Shown here in pieces: positions 1 to 7,631 of a stretch of 64,000 bases of DNA (position 1 is its first letter; every line of letters starts with the position of its first letter). Location of the stretch: assembly GCA_963698505.1 (NCBI GenBank), contig CAVORC010000047.1, positions 495 to 64,494 on the forward strand. The letters are read 5' to 3'. The notes under the pieces were generated by a model. The model saw only the letters and a program-made list of their open reading frames with translations, was not told the DNA's origin and did no database searches. The stretch is from an uncultured Chloroflexia bacterium (GTDB taxonomy: Bacteria > Chloroflexota > Limnocylindria > Limnocylindrales > CSP1-4). The position numbers and the translations under genes are program-made.

Positions 1-303
1 GACGTCACCGGGCACCAGGTCCGCGGCGTCGAGCGCGTCGAGCGCGTCGGCCTCGGGCAGGTCCACGAGATCGGGCACGGCCACGAGCTGTGGGCCGAGC
101 GAGCGCACGTAGGCCACCGCGCTGCCGGGGGCGAGCTCGGCATCGGCGGCCGGATCGGAGCTGATGACGTGGCCCGCGACGATGCTGTCGCTGTAGGCCT
201 CGCTGACGTCACCGGGCACCAGGTCCGCGGCGTCGAGCGCGTCGAGCGCGTCGGCCTCGGGCAGGTCCACGAGATCGGGCACGGCCACGAGCTGTGGGCC
301 GAG
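1..303. repeat. Perfect 99-bp direct repeat (1-99 and 205-303), period 204 bp, equal to one PASTA unit
   Basis: Base-by-base comparison of 1-99 with 205-303 gives identical strings (gacgtcaccgggcacc...gagctgtgggccgag). The sequences diverge at 100 versus 304. Confidence 0.9.
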
Positions 304-1317
304 GCTGACCGCCAAGTCGATGCGGGTCCCCGGCGCCAACTCGGTGTCGACCTCGGGATCCGTGCTGAGGACGTCGCCTGCAGGGACGTCGCTGCTGTAC
401 TGCTCGGAGATACCGCCGACCCGGAATCCGGCGTCCTCGATCTCGCCGATCGCCTCGTCCAAGGGCAGTCCGACGACGTCGGGAACGGGATTCGTCGGGA
501 TGGGCGCCGCGACCGACAACTCGATCGTGCTCCCAGCATCGACGGCCTCACCCGGTGCAGGGTCCTGGCCGATGACTGTGTCGGGTTCGAACTGCGCGGT
601 CTCGACCTGGTTGACACGGACGACGAGTCCGTAGTCCTCAGCCGTCGCCTCTGCATCAGACAGCGTGAGGCCCTGGAAGTTGGGCGTGTCGACGGTCGGG
701 ATGGCCGAGGGACTGGCACTGGGGATCTCGGTGACGACCGGCGAGGGCGCCAGGCTCACGTCCACGTCGGTGGGCGAGTCGAACGGGCGGAAGAGGATGA
801 GCACGATAGCGAGCGCCACGATGAAGGCGCCTACGAGGATGCCTCCGACCAGCAGGACGGGGGTACCCTCCTCCGGCGGCTCGCCGTCACCCGCGGGCGG
901 CGGCGCTGGCGGCTCGAGTGTCAGCTCAGGCTTTGCGGCGAGGGCGGCGAGGGCGGCCTCGGTCGCCTCCGGATCGGGCGCGACGGGCGTGGTCGTCCAG
1001 GCCGCTCCGGCGGCTGCGGCGTCTGCTGCCTCGGCCTCCGTCTCGGTGACCATCTCTGCTGGCGCATCCTGTCCGGATGCGGCTGCTCCGGCTTCAGGCT
1101 CGGCAGGCACGTCCACGCCGAGGTCGCCATCGTCGGCCGCTTCTTCGCCGCGAGCTACCTGGTCGTCTGCGGAAGCCTCAGAGGACGCAGCAGCATCAGG
1201 TTCGGATGGGTCCTGGAGTTGCTCGGCGGTGGACTCGGTCTCGTCGGGCTGCGGTGGCGTGACGGAACCGTCGGTGGACTGTGTGGGATCGCCGGGATCC
1301 GGCTTCTGGTCAGTCAT
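1..1317 (-). CDS. PASTA-repeat membrane protein, N-terminal part only (C-terminus runs off the window start); no kinase or transpeptidase domain in the cytoplasmic part
   Basis: ATG at 1317 (minus). The reverse frame stays open to position 1, and is absent from the ORF track because there is no stop in the window. My translation: MTDQKPDPGDPTQSTDGSVTPPQPDETE..., about 150 aa acidic Ala/Glu/Pro-rich, one TM helix (VLLVGGILVGAFIVALAIVLILF), then three complete and one partial ~68-aa units with the PASTA-like pattern VPDLVxLPxxxAxxxLxxAxLxxG. Confidence 0.75.
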   Translation of the reverse strand, partial: MTDQKPDPGDPTQSTDGSVTPPQPDETESTAEQLQDPSEPDAAASSEASADDQVARGEEAADDGDLGVDVPAEPEAGAAASGQDAPAEMVTETEAEAADAAAAGAAWTTTPVAPDPEATEAALAALAAKPELTLEPPAPPPAGDGEPPEEGTPVLLVGGILVGAFIVALAIVLILFRPFDSPTDVDVSLAPSPVVTEIPSASPSAIPTVDTPNFQGLTLSDAEATAEDYGLVVRVNQVETAQFEPDTVIGQDPAPGEAVDAGSTIELSVAAPIPTNPVPDVVGLPLDEAIGEIEDAGFRVGGISEQYSSDVPAGDVLSTDPEVDTELAPGTRIDLAVSLGPQLVAVPDLVDLPEADALDALDAADLVPGDVSEAYSDSIVAGHVISSDPAADAELAPGSAVAYVRSLGPQLVAVPDLVDLPEADALDALDAADLVPGDV

Positions 1318-1398
1318 GGCAGGCGGACCTTACGGGACGGTGGCTCGCTATGCGAGCACCGCCATGTAGTCATCTGAGCCGATACCGACACAAGTGTC

Positions 1399-1431
1399 CG
1401 TTTCTTCATCGTCCGCCGCTCCTCGCTTCAC
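1399..1431 (-). promoter_or_regulatory. Shared AT-rich upstream motif, copy A (GTGAAG-N15-GATGAAGAAACG on minus strand), 92 nt before the PASTA gene start; also starts a 31-codon uORF (MKKR...)
   Basis: The 12-mer cgtttcttcatc at 1399-1410 is identical to 2879-2890, and cttcac lies at 1426-1431. A uORF from ATG 1409 ends in a TGA overlapping the PASTA ATG (ATGA). Confidence 0.3.
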
Positions 1432-1457
1432 TCGCCGGCGGCGCGCGACGTCAGTCG

Positions 1458-2798
1458 TCAGATGCCGAGTGCTCCTTCCAGGACACTCAGTGTCTCCCCA
1501 CTGTCGGCCACCAGGACAAGTACTGGAGAGGATAGACCTCCGGCGATATCGGCACCCGTGACCGCGTGTGCACCGGGCAGATCCTTCATCGCCTTCTGGG
1601 CGGCCCGGCGAAACTCCTTGCGGTCGGACTCGCTGTCCCAGTCGCTCTGCCAGACGACAGCCCAGGATCCGTCGGGGCCATCGAGACTGACGAGGCGGTC
1701 GCCGCCCCAGCCAGCGGCGGCCTCAGCCTCTGGCAGCTGTCCAGGCAGCACCGGAAACAACGACTGACGCTTCTTGCCGTCGGCCACCCATACGCCGATC
1801 TGCATCTCCCCGAGCGTCTGCGCATAGCTGGTGGTCCAGTCGGGACCAAGGGCGCTGGCTACGTCGGGCAGGCTGACCTCGACCGGCAGCTCGTCGGGAA
1901 ACAGCTCCGGATGGAGGATCTGCTCCGTGGAGACGGGCTGGGCGTCCCACGCCGCATCGACCACCTCCCAGCCACCCCGACCGCGAAGAGCCATGACGAA
2001 GGCGTAGCCGTCGATGTAGGGAAACTCCAGCTGGCGCTGAAGGATCATGGGCATGCGTGCGAGCTTCTTCTGGTCCTGCTGTGTCAACGAATCCGCAGAG
2101 ACCCGCAGGAGGTCGCTCAGCTTCAGCTCTCGCGCGGCCCAGTCGTACATGACCGCGGTGGCGTCACCTTCGATCAGCGCCTGCTGCGCGAGGATGGCGT
2201 CGGCGCGATCGAGATCTTTCACCCGGCGATCCTCCAGGTCCCACGTGGCGTCCTGCAATGCGTGGCCGTACTCGTGGGCGACGACGATGGACTCGAGGGC
2301 GCCGATCTGGCCGACCGGCCCGACGAGCGAGAACGTCGTCGTGAGCGGGTCGTAGTAGGCCAGGACCTGGCTGTCGTAGATCTCGAGGATAAGCGCCTCG
2401 AGATCGTCATCCGGACCAAGCAGGCCGAGGCGCGTATAGGCCTCGTCTTCGGCCTCGATGTAGCTCTGGGGGTACTCCTCCCTGAAGAGCGCCTCCAGCT
2501 CTTCCAGGAACGTCGCGTTATCGATGATGCGGTAGGCCACATCGGGCGCCGGCGGCAGGCCTCGCACCGGGTGTACCCCTTCGATGACCTGGCCGACCTT
2601 CCGGGCCATCTTCGCGTCGAAGCCCTCCGGTAGCGGGGTGGCCGCGGTGACGGGAGCTGTCTCAGGGTCGGGTGACGCCTCCTGCGCAGCGACGGAGACC
2701 GGGCTCAACACGGTCAGCAACAGCGCCGGAACCAGTGCAGCCGCAAGGAGACGAGCCTGCCGAGTGGATAGGAGCGGGGTTCGATCGAAGATTGCCAT
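1458..2798 (-). CDS. Secreted zinc-metalloprotease-like protein (HExxH)
   Basis: 446-aa ORF. The N-terminal signal-like segment is LLAAALVPALLLTVLSPVSVAAQE. The HEYGH motif (VVAHEYGHALQD) matches the HExxH zinc-binding signature. I recognise no closer family. Confidence 0.6.
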   Translation of the reverse strand: MAIFDRTPLLSTRQARLLAAALVPALLLTVLSPVSVAAQEASPDPETAPVTAATPLPEGFDAKMARKVGQVIEGVHPVRGLPPAPDVAYRIIDNATFLEELEALFREEYPQSYIEAEDEAYTRLGLLGPDDDLEALILEIYDSQVLAYYDPLTTTFSLVGPVGQIGALESIVVAHEYGHALQDATWDLEDRRVKDLDRADAILAQQALIEGDATAVMYDWAARELKLSDLLRVSADSLTQQDQKKLARMPMILQRQLEFPYIDGYAFVMALRGRGGWEVVDAAWDAQPVSTEQILHPELFPDELPVEVSLPDVASALGPDWTTSYAQTLGEMQIGVWVADGKKRQSLFPVLPGQLPEAEAAAGWGGDRLVSLDGPDGSWAVVWQSDWDSESDRKEFRRAAQKAMKDLPGAHAVTGADIAGGLSSPVLVLVADSGETLSVLEGALGI

Positions 2799-2878
2799 AC
2801 GAGCGCATTGTGCCAGTCGGTCACGAATGAGCCGTGGAGGGCCACGGGCGACACCAGGCAGAACAGCGATGAGATATG

Positions 2879-2912
2879 CGTTTCTTCATCATTCGAGGTC
2901 TGGTGCCTTCAC
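2879..2912 (-). promoter_or_regulatory. Shared AT-rich upstream motif, copy B (GTGAAG-N16-GATGAAGAAACG on minus strand), 91 nt before the protease start; starts a 23-codon uORF (MMKKR...)
   Basis: The 12-mer cgtttcttcatc at 2879-2890 is identical to 1399-1410, and cttcac lies at 2907-2912. Confidence 0.3.
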
Positions 2913-2981
2913 GCTCGGTAGCTAGAGTCCTCGTTACGGAACCGCGAAGTGACCCTTCACAGTTCCCTCTCCCTCCCTCTT

Positions 2982-3025
2982 GGAACGAGGGGCGCTGATT
3001 GGGCAGGCGCCCCTCGTTCCTTTTT
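2982..3025 (+). terminator. Canonical intrinsic-terminator-like hairpin with no obvious upstream plus-strand gene
   Basis: GGAACGAGGGGCGC (2982-2995), an 11-nt loop, GCGCCCCTCGTTCC (3007-3020), then TTTTT (3021-3025). The stem is 14 bp and perfect. Confidence 0.55.
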
Positions 3026-3104
3026 GTGCTGCGGCTGTGATCCAGCCAGCAGGCCGACATCCGCGGCGCTGTGGCCCGCCCTCGCCTGTGGCACCATCGA
3101 GAGC

Positions 3105-3794
3105 ATGGAGATCACCTGGTACGGCGGCTCGTGCGTTCGTCTCAAGGGGCGCGAGGGGGTCGTCGCCGCAGACCCGTTCCGGTCCATCACGGGGCCCACG
3201 GGCCGCGGACTCAGTGCCGACATCGTCGCCTACGGTCACGCCGATGAGTCGGTCGAGACCGCCCGGGGCAGCAAGCCCCGCGCAACCGTCACATCGCACC
3301 TGCTGGGCATCCCGCTACCGACGAGCCTGGAGAAGGCTTTCGTACTCGACTCGCCCGGTGAGTATGAGGTTCACGACGTCATGGCCACGGGGGTCAGGAC
3401 CTTCCGCGATGACGAGCTTGGGGCGGCACGCGGGATGAGCACGGCCTTCGTCTTCGAGCTCGACGGGATCTACGCTGCCCATCTCGGTGACGTGGGCCAC
3501 AAGCTCGACGCGGACACCGTTCGCGAGCTGGGACACGTGGATGTGCTGTGCCTTGGGATCGGACCGCAGCTCACCCCCACCACCGCCGCCGAGATCGTAG
3601 GCCAGCTCGATGCGCACTTGGTGGTGCCGCTGCCGCTCAGCGACGCCGCCGCCGCGCCCGGCGGCGACCTGGAGCGCTTCCTCAAGGAGATGAGCGTGCC
3701 AGAGCTGCAACCGGTCAGCAGCCTGAAGGTCACGATCTCGACGGTCCCCAACGAGACAGCCGTGGTCCTGCTGGAGCAGCGCGGTCGCTCCTGA
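3105..3794 (+). CDS. MBL-fold (beta-lactamase-like) hydrolase family protein with a degenerate metal-binding motif
   Basis: Internal ATG at 3105 gives MEITWYGGSCVRLKG..., typical of UPF0173/Lactamase_B_3-type proteins. The usual HxHxDH position reads AYGHADES. Confidence 0.6.
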   Translation: MEITWYGGSCVRLKGREGVVAADPFRSITGPTGRGLSADIVAYGHADESVETARGSKPRATVTSHLLGIPLPTSLEKAFVLDSPGEYEVHDVMATGVRTFRDDELGAARGMSTAFVFELDGIYAAHLGDVGHKLDADTVRELGHVDVLCLGIGPQLTPTTAAEIVGQLDAHLVVPLPLSDAAAAPGGDLERFLKEMSVPELQPVSSLKVTISTVPNETAVVLLEQRGRS

Positions 3795-3814
3795 CCGTCG
3801 ATGGCCAGCCGGGC

Positions 3815-4804
3815 CTACGGGCCGGTCGGCCGGGCCCGCTGTCGCATCGTCTCGAGACGAACCTCGAGGATCATGCTCGGGTCAAAGCGTCGGATCCGCA
3901 GCCAGCTGGCGGCCTCGGTGACGCGCCGCTCGGCAGGGTGGAAGCTGCCTGACCCGATATGGTCGGCGACCTCCACCAGGGCAGCCGCCGGAAGCAGGCC
4001 GATGAGCTCCGAGTCGAGCAGGCTCACGCCCTCCCTTGCTGCCAGCGTCCGCGCCTCCTCCCAGACACGCCACAGCGGCGCGTGCCGATGATCCAGGATG
4101 TTCATCGACAGCTGAGCGCAGCCCTGGGACGCGAGGTCGATGCCGAGTGCCTGGACAGCCGGCAGGCCGCCATCCCGCTCGCGGATCCGGCTCGCCATCC
4201 GCCGCGCGACTGACACATCGGTCGTGGAGAGCTGGATGTTGAAGGCGATGAGCAGCGGTCGTGCGCCGACGACGGTGGCGCCGGCCGTGGGATGGGGGCG
4301 CGCGGGACCGAAGTCGGGTCGCCACTCTGGATCCGCCATGGCCTCCGCCAATCCCTCGAAGCCCGGCTGGCGGATGGCCGCCAGCACACGCCGCTGAGCG
4401 GAGCGGGCCGCCTCGGCGTAGAGGTAGACCGGCAGTTCATAGCGATCGGCGATGCGCTCGGCGAACGCTGTCGCGCCGGCTGCACACTGCTCCATGCTGC
4501 TGTCGCCGAGCGGCACGAACGGGATGACATCGACAGCGCCGATGCGGGGATGGCGCCCGCGATGCTGGCGCATATCGATGTGCTCGATCGCGAGCTCCAC
4601 GACGCGCTCCATCGCGGCCATGAGCCGGCCGGGATAGCCCGCGAGCGTGAAGACGCTGCGATCATGGTCAGGGTCGGCGGTGCGGTCGAGCAGCCAGCTT
4701 CCGGGCAGATCACCGATGGCACCACTGATGGCATCCAGCGTCTGGACGTCCCTTCCCTCACTCACGTTGGGCACACACTCGACGAGGCTCTCCGGCCGTT
4801 CCAT
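3815..4804 (-). CDS. Glutamate formiminotransferase (FtcD N-terminal-type domain, stand-alone)
   Basis: 329 aa. The N-terminus LVECVPNVSEGRD matches the conserved ECVPNFSEGR start of formiminotransferases. Confidence 0.8.
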   Translation of the reverse strand: MERPESLVECVPNVSEGRDVQTLDAISGAIGDLPGSWLLDRTADPDHDRSVFTLAGYPGRLMAAMERVVELAIEHIDMRQHRGRHPRIGAVDVIPFVPLGDSSMEQCAAGATAFAERIADRYELPVYLYAEAARSAQRRVLAAIRQPGFEGLAEAMADPEWRPDFGPARPHPTAGATVVGARPLLIAFNIQLSTTDVSVARRMASRIRERDGGLPAVQALGIDLASQGCAQLSMNILDHRHAPLWRVWEEARTLAAREGVSLLDSELIGLLPAAALVEVADHIGSGSFHPAERRVTEAASWLRIRRFDPSMILEVRLETMRQRARPTGP

Positions 4805-4821
4805 CGGTTGATGCTAGCCGG

Positions 4822-5973
4822 TCAGGTGATGGGTCGGCCCGGAGGCGCAGCCGGCAGCAAGCTCCGCTCGTGGCCAGAGACCGCGGGCTCGATACCCGCT
4901 GTGCGCCGCCCGAAGGCGACCGTCTCCACGTCGCGGATACGGACCCTGACACTGTCGCCGAGGCCCAGGTGGCGTACACGGCTGCCCGCCTCGACCCACA
5001 GCTGCTCGCCGTCGGCCGAGCGAAGCTCGAGCAGGATCTCCGAGCCGGAGAACCGCCGATCGATGACCTCCCACGCCTCTGTCGATGCCGGGCCGTCTGG
5101 CGCCTCCTCGATGCTGAAGTGTTCGGGTCGGAGGAGGCAAAGCCCGTGACCCTCGAGGCGGTGCTCAGGGCTGCTGATGAGCCTGACTCGGCCGAAACGC
5201 GTGTCCGCGACACCGCCGCGGACCTCGGCCGAAACGAGGTTGGACATGCCCACGAAGGTGGCGACGTACGGCGTGGCGGGCTCGGTGTAGATGATCTCGG
5301 GGGCGGCGACCTGCAGGACCCGTCCGCGCGTCATCACCGCCACCTGGTCGGCGACCGTCAGGGCTTCAGCCTGGTCATGCGTCACGAAGATGGCGCTCTG
5401 GCGCGCCTCGCGGAGGATCTGCCGCACCTCCGCCCGCAGCTGCGTGCGCATCGCCTGGTCGAGCGAAGAGAAAGGCTCATCGAGCAATAGCACATCCGGC
5501 CGTGGCGCCAGGGCACGCGCGAGTGCCACGCGTTGCTGCATGCCGCCGGACAGCTCGTGCGGCATGCGCCCGCCATCGCTGGCGAGACCGACCAGCTCAA
5601 GGAGCTCATCGGTGCGCACGGTACGGTCTGGGTCACGCCGGATGCCATAGGCCACGTTGTCCCGGACCGACAGGTGCGGAAACAGCGCGAGGTCCTGGAA
5701 GACGAGACCCACGCGGCGGCGCTCCGGCGGCACCATCGAGCTTGGGGAGGCCACCCGGCGACCGTCGACCTCCACGCTGCCAGCATCCGGTCGCTCGAAG
5801 CCGGAGATCAGCCTCAGGGCGGTGGTCTTGCCGCAGCCCGAGGGACCCAGCAGCGCGAGCATGGTACCGGCCGGCAGCTCCAGACTGACGTCATCGAGCG
5901 CCAGAACGCCACCGAAGCGCTTGCTGACATGGCTGAGCCGCACGGCTGGGCGCGCAGCTGCCGGGCCGGTCAT
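4822..5973 (-). CDS. ABC transporter ATP-binding protein (ferric iron/polyamine importer type, FbpC/PotA-like)
   Basis: Start ATG at 5973 overlaps the permease stop (ATGA). Walker A is LLGPSGCGKTT, the signature is LSGGMQQRVALARAL, and Walker B is LLLDEPFSSLD. A C-terminal TOBE-like extension is present. The upstream part of the 862-aa ORF is a shadow of the permease gene. Confidence 0.85.
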   Translation of the reverse strand: MTGPAAARPAVRLSHVSKRFGGVLALDDVSLELPAGTMLALLGPSGCGKTTALRLISGFERPDAGSVEVDGRRVASPSSMVPPERRRVGLVFQDLALFPHLSVRDNVAYGIRRDPDRTVRTDELLELVGLASDGGRMPHELSGGMQQRVALARALAPRPDVLLLDEPFSSLDQAMRTQLRAEVRQILREARQSAIFVTHDQAEALTVADQVAVMTRGRVLQVAAPEIIYTEPATPYVATFVGMSNLVSAEVRGGVADTRFGRVRLISSPEHRLEGHGLCLLRPEHFSIEEAPDGPASTEAWEVIDRRFSGSEILLELRSADGEQLWVEAGSRVRHLGLGDSVRVRIRDVETVAFGRRTAGIEPAVSGHERSLLPAAPPGRPIT

Positions 5974-7598
5974 GCCTGGATCTCCCCGCGTCGCACGAGC
6001 AGCCCGACCGAGACGAACGAGACCAGCAGCAGCAAGGCTGCTGGCACGGCGGCCTGCGCGTAGAACGCCTCCCTCGCCGCGTCCCACAGCTCGGTCGCGA
6101 GTGTGCTGTAGCCCGGCGGCGCGAGCAGTAGTGTCAACGGCAGCTCCTTCAGGCCCGAGAGCAGGACGAGGGTCAGTCCGGCGACGATGCCCGGGCGCAG
6201 CAGCGGCAGCGTGATCGAGCGCAGCAGGCCGACGGTGCCCTCTCCCAGCGAGCGCGCCGCCTCGACTGTTCGCGGGGAGACCTGCAGCATCGGCCCGCGC
6301 AGGGCCCCGACCGATTGCACCAGGTAGCGCAGGCTGATGGCAACGACGAGAGCGAAGAGCGACTGGTACAGCAGCGGCACGGCGTTGAGGGTGAAGAACA
6401 CGATCGCCAGTGCCAGGCTGATGCCTGGGATGGCATAGACCCCATACAGCAGCCGCTCGGTCAGCGAAGACCATCGGCCGGGAAAGTGCGCCACGAGCCT
6501 TGCCAGGGGCAGTGCCACGACGACCGCGACCAGGGCCGCACTTCCGCCAAGGACGAGTGATCCGCGCAGCGCCCCCAGCCCGATCTCGACTGGCAGGTCG
6601 CGCTGTATCCCATCGACGAGCCACAGGGTGACCGTGACGATCGGGATACCGAGCGACAGGCCAGCGATGGTGGCCGCGAATGCGACCGCGGGCCAGCGCC
6701 AGCGACCCAGCCTGATGGGGTCGGGTATGCGCGTCCGGCCGTGCGGTGTCGCCAGTGCAGCCCGACGGCGGACACGACCCTCGACCCAGACGAGCAGGAG
6801 CGCCAAGCCGAGCAGCAGCAGGGCCAGCACGGCCGCACCGGATCGGTCGAACGAGAAGCGGTATTGGGAGTAGATGGCGGTGGCGAGGGTGTCGTAGCGC
6901 AGGATGGACACGGCGCCGAAGTCGGAGATGGCGTAGAGACATGCCAGCAGCGCACCGGCACCGACAGCGGGCAGGATCACCGGCAGCACCGCTGTCCGAG
7001 CGGCCCCCCACGGGCCACGGCCCAGCGAACGGGAGGCCTCCTCGATCGCAGGGTCGAGGCGCGCCAAGGCGGCGCGGGCGCTGATGACCACGTACGGCAT
7101 CGTGGCCAGGCTGAGCACGACCACGGCTCCCCCGAACCCATAGCTGCCGGGCACGCCCCAGCCGCCCAGCGGCTCGAGCAGACTCGCGACCCAACCGCGC
7201 GGTGCGAAGGCGCCCACGAACGCGAACGCCAGCAGGTACGAAGGGATCGCCAGCGGCGCGATGGCCAGGACGGCCCAGAGGCGCCGGGCGGGAAGGTCGG
7301 TGCGAACGGTCAGCCAGGCGAGCGGCACACCAAGCCCGACCGACCCTACGACCACGGCCAAGCCGAGCGACGCGGTGGAGACCAAGAGCTCGAGTGTCCG
7401 GGTGCGCCACAACGGAGCCAGCGCATCGACGCCTCCCTCGCTGGCCCGCAGCAGCAGATACGCCAGCGGGATGACAGCAGCCAGGCCGACGAGCAGGGCC
7501 ACCGAGACGAGGACGGGTGGCGGCCCGACCGGCCGCGGCCGCAGCGCTCGGCGCGGCCAGCGGCCAACAAGACGGTCTCCGGCCGAGGGGTACGTCAA
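5970..7598 (-). CDS. ABC transporter permease, duplicated (two-module) ferric-iron type (FbpB-like)
   Basis: 542 aa, polytopic, about 12 TM, with two internal permease modules. Sits between an SBP and an ATPase gene. Confidence 0.8.
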   Translation of the reverse strand: MTYPSAGDRLVGRWPRRALRPRPVGPPPVLVSVALLVGLAAVIPLAYLLLRASEGGVDALAPLWRTRTLELLVSTASLGLAVVVGSVGLGVPLAWLTVRTDLPARRLWAVLAIAPLAIPSYLLAFAFVGAFAPRGWVASLLEPLGGWGVPGSYGFGGAVVVLSLATMPYVVISARAALARLDPAIEEASRSLGRGPWGAARTAVLPVILPAVGAGALLACLYAISDFGAVSILRYDTLATAIYSQYRFSFDRSGAAVLALLLLGLALLLVWVEGRVRRRAALATPHGRTRIPDPIRLGRWRWPAVAFAATIAGLSLGIPIVTVTLWLVDGIQRDLPVEIGLGALRGSLVLGGSAALVAVVVALPLARLVAHFPGRWSSLTERLLYGVYAIPGISLALAIVFFTLNAVPLLYQSLFALVVAISLRYLVQSVGALRGPMLQVSPRTVEAARSLGEGTVGLLRSITLPLLRPGIVAGLTLVLLSGLKELPLTLLLAPPGYSTLATELWDAAREAFYAQAAVPAALLLLVSFVSVGLLVRRGEIQA

Positions 7599-7631
7599 GA
7601 GCAGATCCCTGTCATCCGTGCCAGCGACCAG

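Noticed and set aside
169-1377. 402-aa plus-strand ORF (and the overlapping plus ORFs 320-634 and 665-1369)
   Set aside because: The composition is Arg/Gly-rich nonsense, typical of a shadow frame in GC-rich DNA. The opposite strand gives a coherent PASTA-repeat membrane protein.
5974-7410. N-terminal 480 aa of the 862-aa minus ORF 4822-7410
   Set aside because: This is an out-of-frame shadow of the permease gene (5970-7598). The real ATPase starts at 5973, with an ATGA overlap and Walker A shortly after.
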